Below, piece by piece: positions 29,935 to 37,553 of a stretch of 64,000 nucleotides of DNA; position 1 is the stretch's first letter, and every line of letters begins with the position of its first letter. The notes under the pieces were generated by a model. The model did no database searches and had not been told where the DNA came from. It saw only the letters and a list, made by a program, of their open reading frames with translations. The stretch covers positions 841 through 64,840 of the forward strand of contig CAYUKU010000003.1 in assembly GCA_964445435.1 (NCBI GenBank). The letters are read 5' to 3'. Source of the stretch: an uncultured Gammaproteobacteria bacterium (GTDB taxonomy: Bacteria; Patescibacteriota; Microgenomatia; UBA10105; UBA927). Made by a program: the position numbers and the translations under genes.

Positions 29935-30243
29935 TCAGCCCACGGCGACAACTTCGAGTTTCGTCAGCTGGGGCCGAAATCCGATGGCTTTGCGATAGCG
30001 TACTTTTGATTTAAATCTGCGAACGTCGACCTTCTCCCCCTGCATTTGCGTGACGATCTTCGCCTTTACCTTGGCCCCAGACACAGTGGGAGTGCCCACT
30101 TTGATTCCCTTTTGGTCACCCGTCAGAAGAACGTGGTCGAAGGTGACACTATCCCCTTCTTTTCCCTCAATACGGTCGACTTCTATGACGTCGCCCGCCT
30201 TCACGGTGTATTGTTTTCCGGCAATCGTAACGATGGCAAACAT
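29935..30243 (-). CDS. rplU: 50S ribosomal protein L21
   Basis: MFAIVTIAGKQYTVKAGDVIEVDRIEGKEGDSVTFDHVLL... Confidence 0.9.
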   Translation of the reverse strand: MFAIVTIAGKQYTVKAGDVIEVDRIEGKEGDSVTFDHVLLTGDQKGIKVGTPTVSGAKVKAKIVTQMQGEKVDVRRFKSKVRYRKAIGFRPQLTKLEVVAVG

Positions 30244-30255
30244 TGCGATATTGTA

Positions 30256-31347
30256 TCAAGATAGAGGCCCAATTGCAATGGCGCTCTGTTTAAGTTTTTC
30301 CCGTTGGAGCGACCACAAAATCCCAAATGCTATCGCAAGAGACAGAAGAGAGCTCCCCCCGTACGATACAAACGGAAGCGTAATGCCGGTTATGGGGATA
30401 ATGCCCATGTTCATGGCCGCGTTCACGAAAATCTGAACCACGAGCATCGCAAAAAGGCCAATCGAGTAAATAAACAGTCCCGGATCGCGCGCTTTACTGT
30501 CCACCAGGGGAGCAATAATACGGGTAAGCAGTGCGCCATAGAGAAATAAAAGCAGAATCCCTCCCACAAACCCCAATTCCTCGATAAGCGACGCGAAGAT
30601 GAAATCCGTATGATGCTCCGGCAGAAACCGCAGATGACTCTGGGTCCCCCTGCCAAGCCCGCGCCCGAAGAATTGGCCGCTTCCGACGGCGATCATGGCC
30701 TGGAGCGCATTATATCCGGCCCCCTTGGGGTCCAAGGCAGGATTAAGAAACGTGAGAATCCGATCTTTCTGATACGGCAGAAGTGCGTGCCACAACGCGG
30801 GGAAAGAGATGGCTCCCAGCCCGGCAACCGCAACGACAATGGCAACCGAGAGTCCGCCCGCAAGCATCATCGAAACCCAAAACGATCCGTAAATAATACT
30901 GCTTCCTAAATCGGGTTGCTTAAATACCAGCAAAAACGGGATGAGAAATAGAAGGACATGAAGCGGAATGTTTCTTAGATTCCTCGGACTGTATCTGGTC
31001 ATGAAATACGCAAACGCGAGGATGAAAAACGGCTTCGATAACTCGGAGGGTTGCAGTTGTACCCCTCCAATCATGATCCATCGTGTCGCTCCCCGGATGT
31101 TCGGGCCCAGATACGACAGAAGAAGAAATATATTCCCTATCACATATCCGTATGGGGCAAACCACCAAAACACCGCGTAATCCACCCGCGAGAAAAGATA
31201 CAGAAGAACCATCGCAAGCGCGAGAAACAATAACTGCTGCCAGAACGCTCCGACGCTGAGAGTAAGGAGTAAGAATAGTCCAAACGCGCAAAGGCACAAC
31301 AGAAGAAGAAGCGTTATCCAGTCGAAATGGTAAGCTCGTCTCCCCAT
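30256..31347 (-). CDS. rodA: SEDS-family peptidoglycan glycosyltransferase (RodA/FtsW-like)
   Basis: 363 aa with 10 TM helices and the SEDS C-terminal region (NMGIIPITGITLPFVSYGGSSLL). Confidence 0.75.
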   Translation of the reverse strand: MGRRAYHFDWITLLLLLCLCAFGLFLLLTLSVGAFWQQLLFLALAMVLLYLFSRVDYAVFWWFAPYGYVIGNIFLLLSYLGPNIRGATRWIMIGGVQLQPSELSKPFFILAFAYFMTRYSPRNLRNIPLHVLLFLIPFLLVFKQPDLGSSIIYGSFWVSMMLAGGLSVAIVVAVAGLGAISFPALWHALLPYQKDRILTFLNPALDPKGAGYNALQAMIAVGSGQFFGRGLGRGTQSHLRFLPEHHTDFIFASLIEELGFVGGILLLFLYGALLTRIIAPLVDSKARDPGLFIYSIGLFAMLVVQIFVNAAMNMGIIPITGITLPFVSYGGSSLLSLAIAFGILWSLQREKLKQSAIAIGPLS

Positions 31348-34139
31348 ACCACTGATTCTACCAAAGTCTTGGTTTGTATTACCGAGAGGAGCTCCTTGGG
31401 TAGGCTTTGGTACTTCCTGGGCAGAACAAGTGTAATTTTACGGTCAACCGGCAACCCCTGCTGTTTTCGCACTGCCTGGATCTCCCGCACAAGTTTTCGC
31501 GCGTCACCTTCCAGTTTAAGCTCTTCCGTCAGCTCGGTGGTGAGGGCAACCGTGATGTCTCCGGCGCCTTTCACAACAAGAATCTCCCGGATGTTTACTT
31601 CTTCCCGTACGACCTCAAGTATTTCTTCGGACACAGTGTCAGAAACGTTTGACACAACGGCTTTGGAGAGTGGCTGTCTGATGGGAATTCCTGAGGCCTT
31701 GCGTGCCGCGTGAATCTTCTCCACAACGCGTCGGGCCAGATCCATCTGTGACTCAAGGGCTCTGTCCTTCTTTGTTTTTCCTTCTTCCGGCCACATGGCG
31801 ACATGAACGGATCCTGCTGATGCGACCAAATTCTGGTATATGCGTTCGGTGACAAACGGCGCCACGGGCGCAAGGACGAGAACAAGCTGTTTTATCGCCC
31901 ACCCGAAGACGTGTTGTGCGGCTTTGTCCTCCCGCAAACGGTCACGGCTTCGCCTGAGGTACCAGGTCGAAAATTCCGAAATGTGCTGCTCAAGATATCT
32001 GCATGCCAAAACCGTATCATACGCATCAAACGCTTGCGTCACGGATGAGACGAGATGCGCGGTCTTACTTACCAACCAGCGATCAAGAACATGGACCGGC
32101 TTGAGCGGTTCATCTGATAAATCTCCTTCAGCATAGAGTTTGTAGAAACTGAAAATGTTCCACAGCGTCGAAACGATTTTCTGATACACTTCCTTCACCC
32201 CGTCTTCAGAGAAATTGAGATTCTCCGCTTTCATCACGACCGATCCCATGAGATAAAACCGAAGCGCATCCACGCCGTATTTCTCAAACAGAAGCGAAGG
32301 GTCAGGGTAGTTTTTCTTAGACTTGCTCATCTTGGAACCGTCTTCAGCCAGGATGGTTCCCGTGGTTACCGCGTTCTCGAAGGTGTGTTTGTCAAAGAGA
32401 CCGACGGACATAACGTGCAGGGTATAAAACCACGCACGAGTCTGGGCGATATACTCCGCGATGAATTGGGCCGGATGTGACTCCTCAAACAATTTCTTGT
32501 TCTCGAACGGATAATGGATGGAGGCATATGGCATGCTTCCTGATTCTATCCAGCAGTCGAATACCTCGGGGATACGCTTCCCCTTCACGGTCTTGTCATC
32601 ATCCACCCATACTTCCACATCATCCAGAAATTCGCGGTGAATATCCGTCAGATTTGCCACGCGTTTCGGATCGACGGCCCATTTCTTCAGCTCTTCAAGC
32701 GATCCCACGAGCCGCATCTTCCCGTCCCCTTTCCAGACCGGCATGGGCGTCCCCCAATAGCGGGATCGGGAGATATTCCAATCCGGCGCCGTCTCAAGGC
32801 CTTTTCCGAACCGTCCGTGTTTGAGATGGTCCGGATACCAGTTGATGTTCTCGTTTTGGGAGAGAAGCGTGGGCTTGAGCTTCTGGACATCGATAAACCA
32901 TGCGGGAACCGGCGCGTGATAGAGTCTCGTCTCGCAGCGGTAACAAACCGGCACACTGTGGATACGCTCTTCATCGCGATAGATAAGATTCCGCTTGGAT
33001 AAATCTTCGTTTACCAGGGGATTTACCTTCAGCATAAACATTCCCGCCCACGGCGTCACCTCAGGATTGAGTTTTCCCTCTTCATCCACGTGATATACCA
33101 GCTGCACGTTATGTTTCGTCATCACGCGGAAGTCGTCTTCTCCGTACACCGCAAGCGTAACGACTCCCGTCCCCTCTTCTGCCGTCACATAGGAATCGGC
33201 GATCACAACTCCTGCTTTCTCTCCATTTTTCCGGTCGGGGTAGAAGTCGTAATGCAGTTCGAAGGAGAACTGTTCGAGATCTTTTCCTTTGTATGTTTCA
33301 ACAATTTTATATGAGGGTTCTTTATTGAGAATCTCCAGCGTACTTTTGGCGAGAATGTAGAATTCATCGCCCTGTTTCACCTTCACATATTCAAGATCAG
33401 GGTTCACGGCGAGCGCAGGGGTCGCGAGCTTATTCCATGGCGTCGTAGACCAGGCCAGAAGGTACGTCGCATCCATATCTTTTAACTTATATTTATAGAC
33501 CGTGCTTGGACCGGGCATGTCCTTATAGCTGTTGTCCATCGCGATTTCGAAATTCGACAACGGAGTGGCACAGCGCGGGCAGTAGAGAATGACGCGCTTA
33601 CCCTCGTACACCAGTCCCTTTTCGTGGAGACGCTTGAACGCCCACCAGACGGATTCCATAAACGAGGTGTCCATGGTCTTGTAGGAATGTTTGAAATCCA
33701 CCCACCGGCCGATTCTTCGCACGACCTTCTCCCACTCTTTATCAAACCGCAGAATGGCAGCCCGGCAGGCCGCGTTAAACTTATCGATGCCGAGCGCCTC
33801 TATGCCCTTCTTTCCGCCTTTGAGCTCAAGCTCTTTTTCAATCATGTTTTCGATCGGGATCCCGTGGCAATCCCACCCCCATACGCGCTCGACTCTATAG
33901 CCCTTCATGGTCCAGTACCGGGGAATGACGTCCTTTATGGTCGAGGCGAGGATATGACCATAGTGAGGAAGGCCCGTGGCAAACGGCGGGCCGTCATAGA
34001 AAACATACCGCTTGTCTTCCGGGCGTGATGTGACGGACGTCTCAAACGCCTGGGTCTCGTCCCAATACTCCAAAACATCGTGCTCGCTTTTGGGAATATC
34101 GAGTTTTTCCTGAAAGTTCTTGATTTTTAAGTCCTGCAT
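31314..34139 (-). CDS. ileS: Isoleucyl-tRNA synthetase
   Basis: 941 aa with the HIGH motif (PHYGHILAS) and KMSKS (KMSKSKKN), preceded by a T-box leader. Confidence 0.9.
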   Translation of the reverse strand: MQDLKIKNFQEKLDIPKSEHDVLEYWDETQAFETSVTSRPEDKRYVFYDGPPFATGLPHYGHILASTIKDVIPRYWTMKGYRVERVWGWDCHGIPIENMIEKELELKGGKKGIEALGIDKFNAACRAAILRFDKEWEKVVRRIGRWVDFKHSYKTMDTSFMESVWWAFKRLHEKGLVYEGKRVILYCPRCATPLSNFEIAMDNSYKDMPGPSTVYKYKLKDMDATYLLAWSTTPWNKLATPALAVNPDLEYVKVKQGDEFYILAKSTLEILNKEPSYKIVETYKGKDLEQFSFELHYDFYPDRKNGEKAGVVIADSYVTAEEGTGVVTLAVYGEDDFRVMTKHNVQLVYHVDEEGKLNPEVTPWAGMFMLKVNPLVNEDLSKRNLIYRDEERIHSVPVCYRCETRLYHAPVPAWFIDVQKLKPTLLSQNENINWYPDHLKHGRFGKGLETAPDWNISRSRYWGTPMPVWKGDGKMRLVGSLEELKKWAVDPKRVANLTDIHREFLDDVEVWVDDDKTVKGKRIPEVFDCWIESGSMPYASIHYPFENKKLFEESHPAQFIAEYIAQTRAWFYTLHVMSVGLFDKHTFENAVTTGTILAEDGSKMSKSKKNYPDPSLLFEKYGVDALRFYLMGSVVMKAENLNFSEDGVKEVYQKIVSTLWNIFSFYKLYAEGDLSDEPLKPVHVLDRWLVSKTAHLVSSVTQAFDAYDTVLACRYLEQHISEFSTWYLRRSRDRLREDKAAQHVFGWAIKQLVLVLAPVAPFVTERIYQNLVASAGSVHVAMWPEEGKTKKDRALESQMDLARRVVEKIHAARKASGIPIRQPLSKAVVSNVSDTVSEEILEVVREEVNIREILVVKGAGDITVALTTELTEELKLEGDARKLVREIQAVRKQQGLPVDRKITLVLPRKYQSLPKELLSVIQTKTLVESVVWGDELTISTG

Positions 34140-34199
34140 ACTGTTAGTAATCCCTACGGAGATATGTGGCTTCTAAACTTGTGAATACGAATTCACTCG

Positions 34200-34440
34200 T
34201 TAAGCAGCCATCAAAAATCCGCTCTCCTTATACAATACCGTATATAAGGACGAGCGGCTACTCGTGGTACCACCTTATTCTCCATGAACCGCGCTTGCTC
34301 TGGTTCATGGCTCGATTCCTGCTGTAACGGGCTTACCCGGAAGGGTCTACTTGCCTTTCGGTGTTCTTCCTCCAGCTCGTCCGGTGATGTCGGACTTGGA
34401 CGCTGTTAAGTGAAGTATAACAAGATTGAAACGTTATCTC
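34200..34440 (-). promoter_or_regulatory. T-box riboswitch leader (Ile-specific) controlling ileS
   Basis: T-box sequence AATAAGGTGGTACCACGAG (minus strand, plus coordinates 34261-34279). An antiterminator can be drawn in which ACGAG pairs with CUCGU, AAGG pairs with CCUU, and a UGGUACC bulge is left free to pair the tRNA NCCA end. The 5' strand of the terminator is shared with this antiterminator. A stem III (CCATGAACC...GGTTCATGG) lies upstream, and a candidate specifier AUCA lies in the upstream region. Confidence 0.75.
34213..34257 (-). terminator. Intrinsic terminator of the ileS T-box leader
   Basis: The minus strand reads CCGCTCGTCCTTATATACGGTATTGTATAAGGAGAGCGG followed by ATTTTT, 74 nt upstream of the ileS ATG. 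Confidence 0.75.
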
Positions 34441-34597
34441 AACTCCTCTGTCTTAAAAACGCAGCGTCACCGCCTCCATATTTGTTTACGAAGGTAGGGG
34501 CTACCTTCTTCTGGTAGTAACGGATACCGTTTTTCTGAGATAGTGTATATCCTTCTCCGTTAAGACCGATGTGATGCTTTGAAGAATCGTATGCCAT
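34439..34597 (-). CDS. Small hypothetical protein (52 aa)
   Basis: Hand translation gives MAYDSSKHHIGLNGEGYTLSQKNGIRYYQKKVAPTFVNKYGGGDAAFLRQRS. Its ATG lies 1 nt after the stop of the upstream start-less ORF. It is below the ORF-track cutoff. Confidence 0.3.
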   Translation of the reverse strand: MAYDSSKHHIGLNGEGYTLSQKNGIRYYQKKVAPTFVNKYGGGDAAFLRQRS

Positions 34598-34598
34598 A

Positions 34599-34893
34599 TT
34601 AGACTTCAGTTAGTACGAACGCTCCGGTTCCGGAGTTAATAGTTACGTGGTATCTTTTCGTTCCATCTGAGGAATACATGTAGAACCCATCTGAGCCAAA
34701 CGAGCCTTCGAGATTCCTGATATTTACCTTTCGAGAACCCGTTCCCGTGTGCGCATGGAGACCGATCTTCTGAATTTCCGTAAACAGAGAAGGAGCAAGA
34801 TGTTGCAGCTCGATCTGACCAGGGCCGATTTGATCTCCTGTAACGGGAGCTTTGGCTGATGACTTAAAAGTTGAGTATCCTATATTCCCCCCC
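34599..34893 (-). pseudogene. Start-less open frame (about 97 codons) bordered by a G7 homopolymer; possible gene remnant
   Basis: Frame ...GGNIGYSTFKSSAKAPVTGDQIGPGQIELQHLAPSLFTEIQKIGLHAHTGTGSRKVNIRNLEGSFGSDGFYMYSSDGTKRYHVTINSGTGAFVLTEV*. There is no ATG/GTG/TTG before the internal Met, and adding one G to the tract does not create a long upstream frame. Confidence 0.25.
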
Positions 34894-34973
34894 TAAACAG
34901 CCTCAATTGAAGATGAGGGAGGATAGAAAGTGAATTAGATTATCGGGGATGTGGTATGATCCCTATCAAGTCT

Positions 34974-35132
34974 ATGAATAATAGCCCGTTGTGGGATTTG
35001 GCTATTTTGACCGTTATTATTGGATATATAGTATATAGATTCTTTTTTACGGATAACTTGCCTAATAGCTGTCGTCCTAACGATCAAGCATGTCTTGATT
35101 ATGTAGCTGAACAGGTAGATTATAGGAGATAA
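34974..35132 (+). CDS. Small single-TM membrane peptide (52 aa)
   Basis: MNNSPLWDLAILTVIIGYIVYRFFFTDNLPNSCRPNDQACLDYVAEQVDYRR. Its stop overlaps the AGGAG ribosome-binding site of the next plus-strand ORF. Confidence 0.3.
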   Translation: MNNSPLWDLAILTVIIGYIVYRFFFTDNLPNSCRPNDQACLDYVAEQVDYRR

Positions 35133-35134
35133 TT

Positions 35135-35410
35135 ATGCTCTGTATTGGAGGAGAGATAAGCGGTTTATGCGTAGAAGGTTTTCACCCGATTCTTGATTTT
35201 GGTTTTTTTGCCGCTCTTCTTATTCTTCTAGCAAGTCTTTTCACCTTGTTCATTCCAAATGAGAGTAGAATTCGGAGGATTTTAGCGAGCGTATTTGTTC
35301 TATACAGTCTTTTGATTGTTATCTTCAAACTATTCATTGTATCCCTACCAACCAAAGACATATTCTACTATCTCTTCAAAATTTTCTATCCCTTTTATCC
35401 ACTTAATTAG
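35135..35410 (+). CDS. Small two-TM membrane protein (91 aa)
   Basis: Strong RBS (AGGAGATAATT then ATG) and two hydrophobic helices (FFAALLILLASLFTLFI and LASVFVLYSLLIVIFKLFIV). It is convergent with the minus-strand small-gene operon. Confidence 0.45.
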   Translation: MLCIGGEISGLCVEGFHPILDFGFFAALLILLASLFTLFIPNESRIRRILASVFVLYSLLIVIFKLFIVSLPTKDIFYYLFKIFYPFYPLN

Positions 35411-35898
35411 GCGTAGAATCTCCCAGCAAAAGGCTTCGATAATTTATCAATTATGCCTTGAATAAAGGGGTCTATAAACTTCTGAATGACCCCCTGCCTT
35501 GGTGCAGGGGTAGGAGTGGTCTGTGGAGTTCCTACAGTAAAGCTGCCAACTCTAGTTCTTGTCGGAGCTGAGGATGCTGGAGATTGCGTAGGAACTGATG
35601 CTTTAATCGTTGTACCTATTGCTGGACCGGACGGTTTCGTTGCCCCTAGCACACTTCCGCCTGACGAAGCATTAGCTACCGAACGAGCTGATGGGACTGC
35701 TGGCGCAGATGGTCGTGATGGAGCAGCAGGACTTCCAGCGGGAGGAGGGGACAAACCAGTCGCTTTTGCTAACTCGGTACAAATTCCATTGGGAAGATAT
35801 CCATGATTCGGCTTTGCAGAAACCCGTAGCTGAGCCTCAATAAGAAGCGTTTTTGACAAACGAACATATGGTGCAGTTCTATTATATTTTCCTTTCAT
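35407..35898 (-). CDS. Pro/Ser/Ala/Thr-rich low-complexity protein (163 aa), last gene of the small-gene operon
   Basis: Structured N-terminal 50 aa (MKGKYNRTAPYVRLSKTLLIEAQLRVSAKPNHGYLPNGICTELAKATG), a PSAT-rich disordered core and a conserved-looking C-terminus (GVIQKFIDPFIQGIIDKLSKPF). Its start overlaps the end of the upstream zinc-ribbon ORF by about 17 nt. Confidence 0.5.
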   Translation of the reverse strand: MKGKYNRTAPYVRLSKTLLIEAQLRVSAKPNHGYLPNGICTELAKATGLSPPPAGSPAAPSRPSAPAVPSARSVANASSGGSVLGATKPSGPAIGTTIKASVPTQSPASSAPTRTRVGSFTVGTPQTTPTPAPRQGVIQKFIDPFIQGIIDKLSKPFAGRFYA

Positions 35899-36028
35899 AG
35901 CGTTTTTTTCTTTCTCGCAACCTTTCGCTACATTTTGGACATACGGTTACCTTTTCAGACCGGAATTCATCCGGACACAGCGTACATATTCTCCGTGTTG
36001 CTCGGTGATAACCAAAAGATTTAGACAT
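35882..36028 (-). CDS. Small zinc-ribbon protein 2 (48 aa, CxxC...CxxC)
   Basis: Hand translation gives MSKSFGYHRATRRICTLCPDEFRSEKVTVCPKCSERLRERKKRYERKI. Its ATG overlaps the stop of zinc-ribbon 1 (tATGTCTAA). Confidence 0.45.
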   Translation of the reverse strand: MSKSFGYHRATRRICTLCPDEFRSEKVTVCPKCSERLRERKKRYERKI

Positions 36029-36149
36029 ACCCGTTTTCTAAATAAAGCCTTAAACAAAAATGGCACACCCACAATCCTAACCATTCCCGGTTATGTTTCA
36101 GTTCAACTGGCGATACTTCATATCTGCACTCATTACAAACGTAGATCAT
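36021..36149 (-). CDS. Small zinc-ribbon protein 1 (42 aa, CxxC...CxxC)
   Basis: Hand translation gives MIYVCNECRYEVSPVELKHNREWLGLWVCHFCLRLYLENGYV. Its ATG overlaps the TGA of the upstream 61-aa ORF (ATGA). Confidence 0.45.
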   Translation of the reverse strand: MIYVCNECRYEVSPVELKHNREWLGLWVCHFCLRLYLENGYV

Positions 36150-36331
36150 ATGACTTCCCCTTCGTGTCTAGATTCTAAAGATGCGAATGCTCCATACAAG
36201 TCTTCTTCAATATCCTTCATACGGTGTTCGTGCTGTTTCGTGGTTATGAGATTTAACACCTTCATTCCTCCGGCAAGGCTTGACTGTAAAAATGCTATTC
36301 GTATTTTCAAAATCAACCATTTCTTATTCAT
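36146..36331 (-). CDS. Small helical hypothetical protein (61 aa)
   Basis: MNKKWLILKIRIAFLQSSLAGGMKVLNLITTKQHEHRMKDIEEDLYGAFASLESRHEGEVI. It is translationally coupled to zinc-ribbon 1. I prefer it to the antisense plus-strand ORF 36093..36353. Confidence 0.4.
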   Translation of the reverse strand: MNKKWLILKIRIAFLQSSLAGGMKVLNLITTKQHEHRMKDIEEDLYGAFASLESRHEGEVI

Positions 36332-36339
36332 AGTTTTCG

Positions 36340-36644
36340 TTAAAAATCTATAAATGCTTCTACTGGTTTCACTTCTCCGAGTCCTATCGCCCGCTCATAC
36401 AAAACCATAGGACGATCGGGAAACATAAACACCTTCTCCATCCGCTTTCCTTCCTTCTTCCATGCTTCCGGGCTGTAACCTCTTGAGCGTTCGGACATTC
36501 AACGATGAGCGTTTTCTTCTGCTTCATAGCGTCGTTTAAGATTCGTTCCTGAATAGCACACACCGTTCCGTAGATAGGCTTCTGAAACTTCATGTGCCAG
36601 AACTTACTTTCAACTGTTTGTACTTGTCCGTTATAGAGTTGCAT
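36340..36644 (-). pseudogene. Small gene split over two overlapping frames (MQLYNGQVQTVESKFWHMKFQKPIYGTVCAIQERILNDAMKQKKTLIVECPNAQ... / MSERSRGYSPEAWKKEGKRMEKVFMFPDRPMVLYERAIGLGEVKPVEAFIDF)
   Basis: Frame 1 (36384..36644) is protein-like up to about VECPNAQ and then looks like junk. Frame 2 (36340..36498) has its own ATG and a protein-like C-terminus. They overlap by about 95 nt over a purine-rich run (ggaagaaggaaggaaagcggatggagaagg). Confidence 0.3.
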
Positions 36645-37180
36645 ATGTTTCTCTTACGTCCCCCTCCCCCACAGCATTCTGCAGCCTTTTAGCTATTCCC
36701 CTTGTTTGCAGAGCCGTTTCCTAGAGATGAACCTTGCCCCACCTAAGTTCGGTCAGGTCAGTGCGTATCTCTGAGGTGTCCGTGTTCTGTTTTCAAGTCC
36801 GGCTAGTCCGTTTTTATTCGCAAACATTTAGGTAAACGGCGGCTACCGTGTCTGCTACCCATTCTTGTTTCCGTCACCCATGTGGAAGGGGTGTGGGTAA
36901 CGGAAATAAGCCTTCCACAGCTATTCCAAGAATGCTTTCAATGCAATTGCAAACCCCCTTCGACTCGTATATTCGGCGTCGTTGCAGACGGTAATTTTTG
37001 TTTTCTTTTTATTTCCGGCGAACCATGAACCGTAAGAGACTCGAAGATATACAGAAGGGTGTTTCTCCCATTTAATCGTGCGTACGTGGTTGAGAAATCG
37101 GCGAATGGACCCCGTTTCACATCTCTCACCTTTTACTACGACTGTATAGTTCGTTTCATAGTCGCTAATCCAACTATTTG

Positions 37181-37553
37181 TTATGATCTTGCGGTCAGTG
37201 GTGTTGGCTTTTCACCACCAACCGTCAGAGCATACCTGAAACTCCTAACTGCCTTTTGGAGGCTTGTAGGTACACCAACCTTGACTGGGTGGCAATCTTT
37301 GGTCCGGCAGAACCATCCCCACTGGCCCTTCGTAAGAGGTTTATTGTGCTTTGGGCACATGGGGACCTCTGCTTGCACATCGTATTCAGTGTGGGCAGTA
37401 TTTCCTTCATCATCGGGGAAAGCACTTTTCTGTGGGAGTTTTGCTTTATATTTTTCTATAAGCGGAGCGAACTCCTCCTCGTTATCGGTTCGGATAACAA
37501 TCTGCTCTGAGCGATCTGGACATTTTGGACCACTGAAATTTCTTATCTTCCAT
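37181..37553 (-). pseudogene. Cys-rich small ORF (about 124 aa) whose RBS and ATG are one frame off from the long open frame
   Basis: A strong RBS (AAGGAGGAACATG) starts MEDKKFQWSKMSRSLRADCYPNR*. The neighbouring frame is open for about 120 codons (...PKCPDRSEQIVIRTDNEEEFAPLIEKYKAKLPQKSAFPDDEGNTAHTEYDVQAEVPMCPKHNKPLTKGQWGWFCRTKDCHPVKV...) but has no start. The two frames would join at an A-run (TCCAAAATGTCC). Confidence 0.3.

Noticed and set aside
34140-34440. Reading the ileS upstream region as a plain promoter with an incidental hairpin
   Set aside because: The T-box consensus, the UGGUACC bulge, the shared-strand antiterminator/terminator arrangement and stem III together are too specific to be incidental.
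36093-36353. 86-aa plus-strand ORF in the small-gene island
   Set aside because: It is antisense to a chain of minus-strand ORFs with overlapping ATGA/TAATG junctions and Cys-pair motifs. The plus-strand product is Cys/Phe/Ile-rich junk without an RBS.
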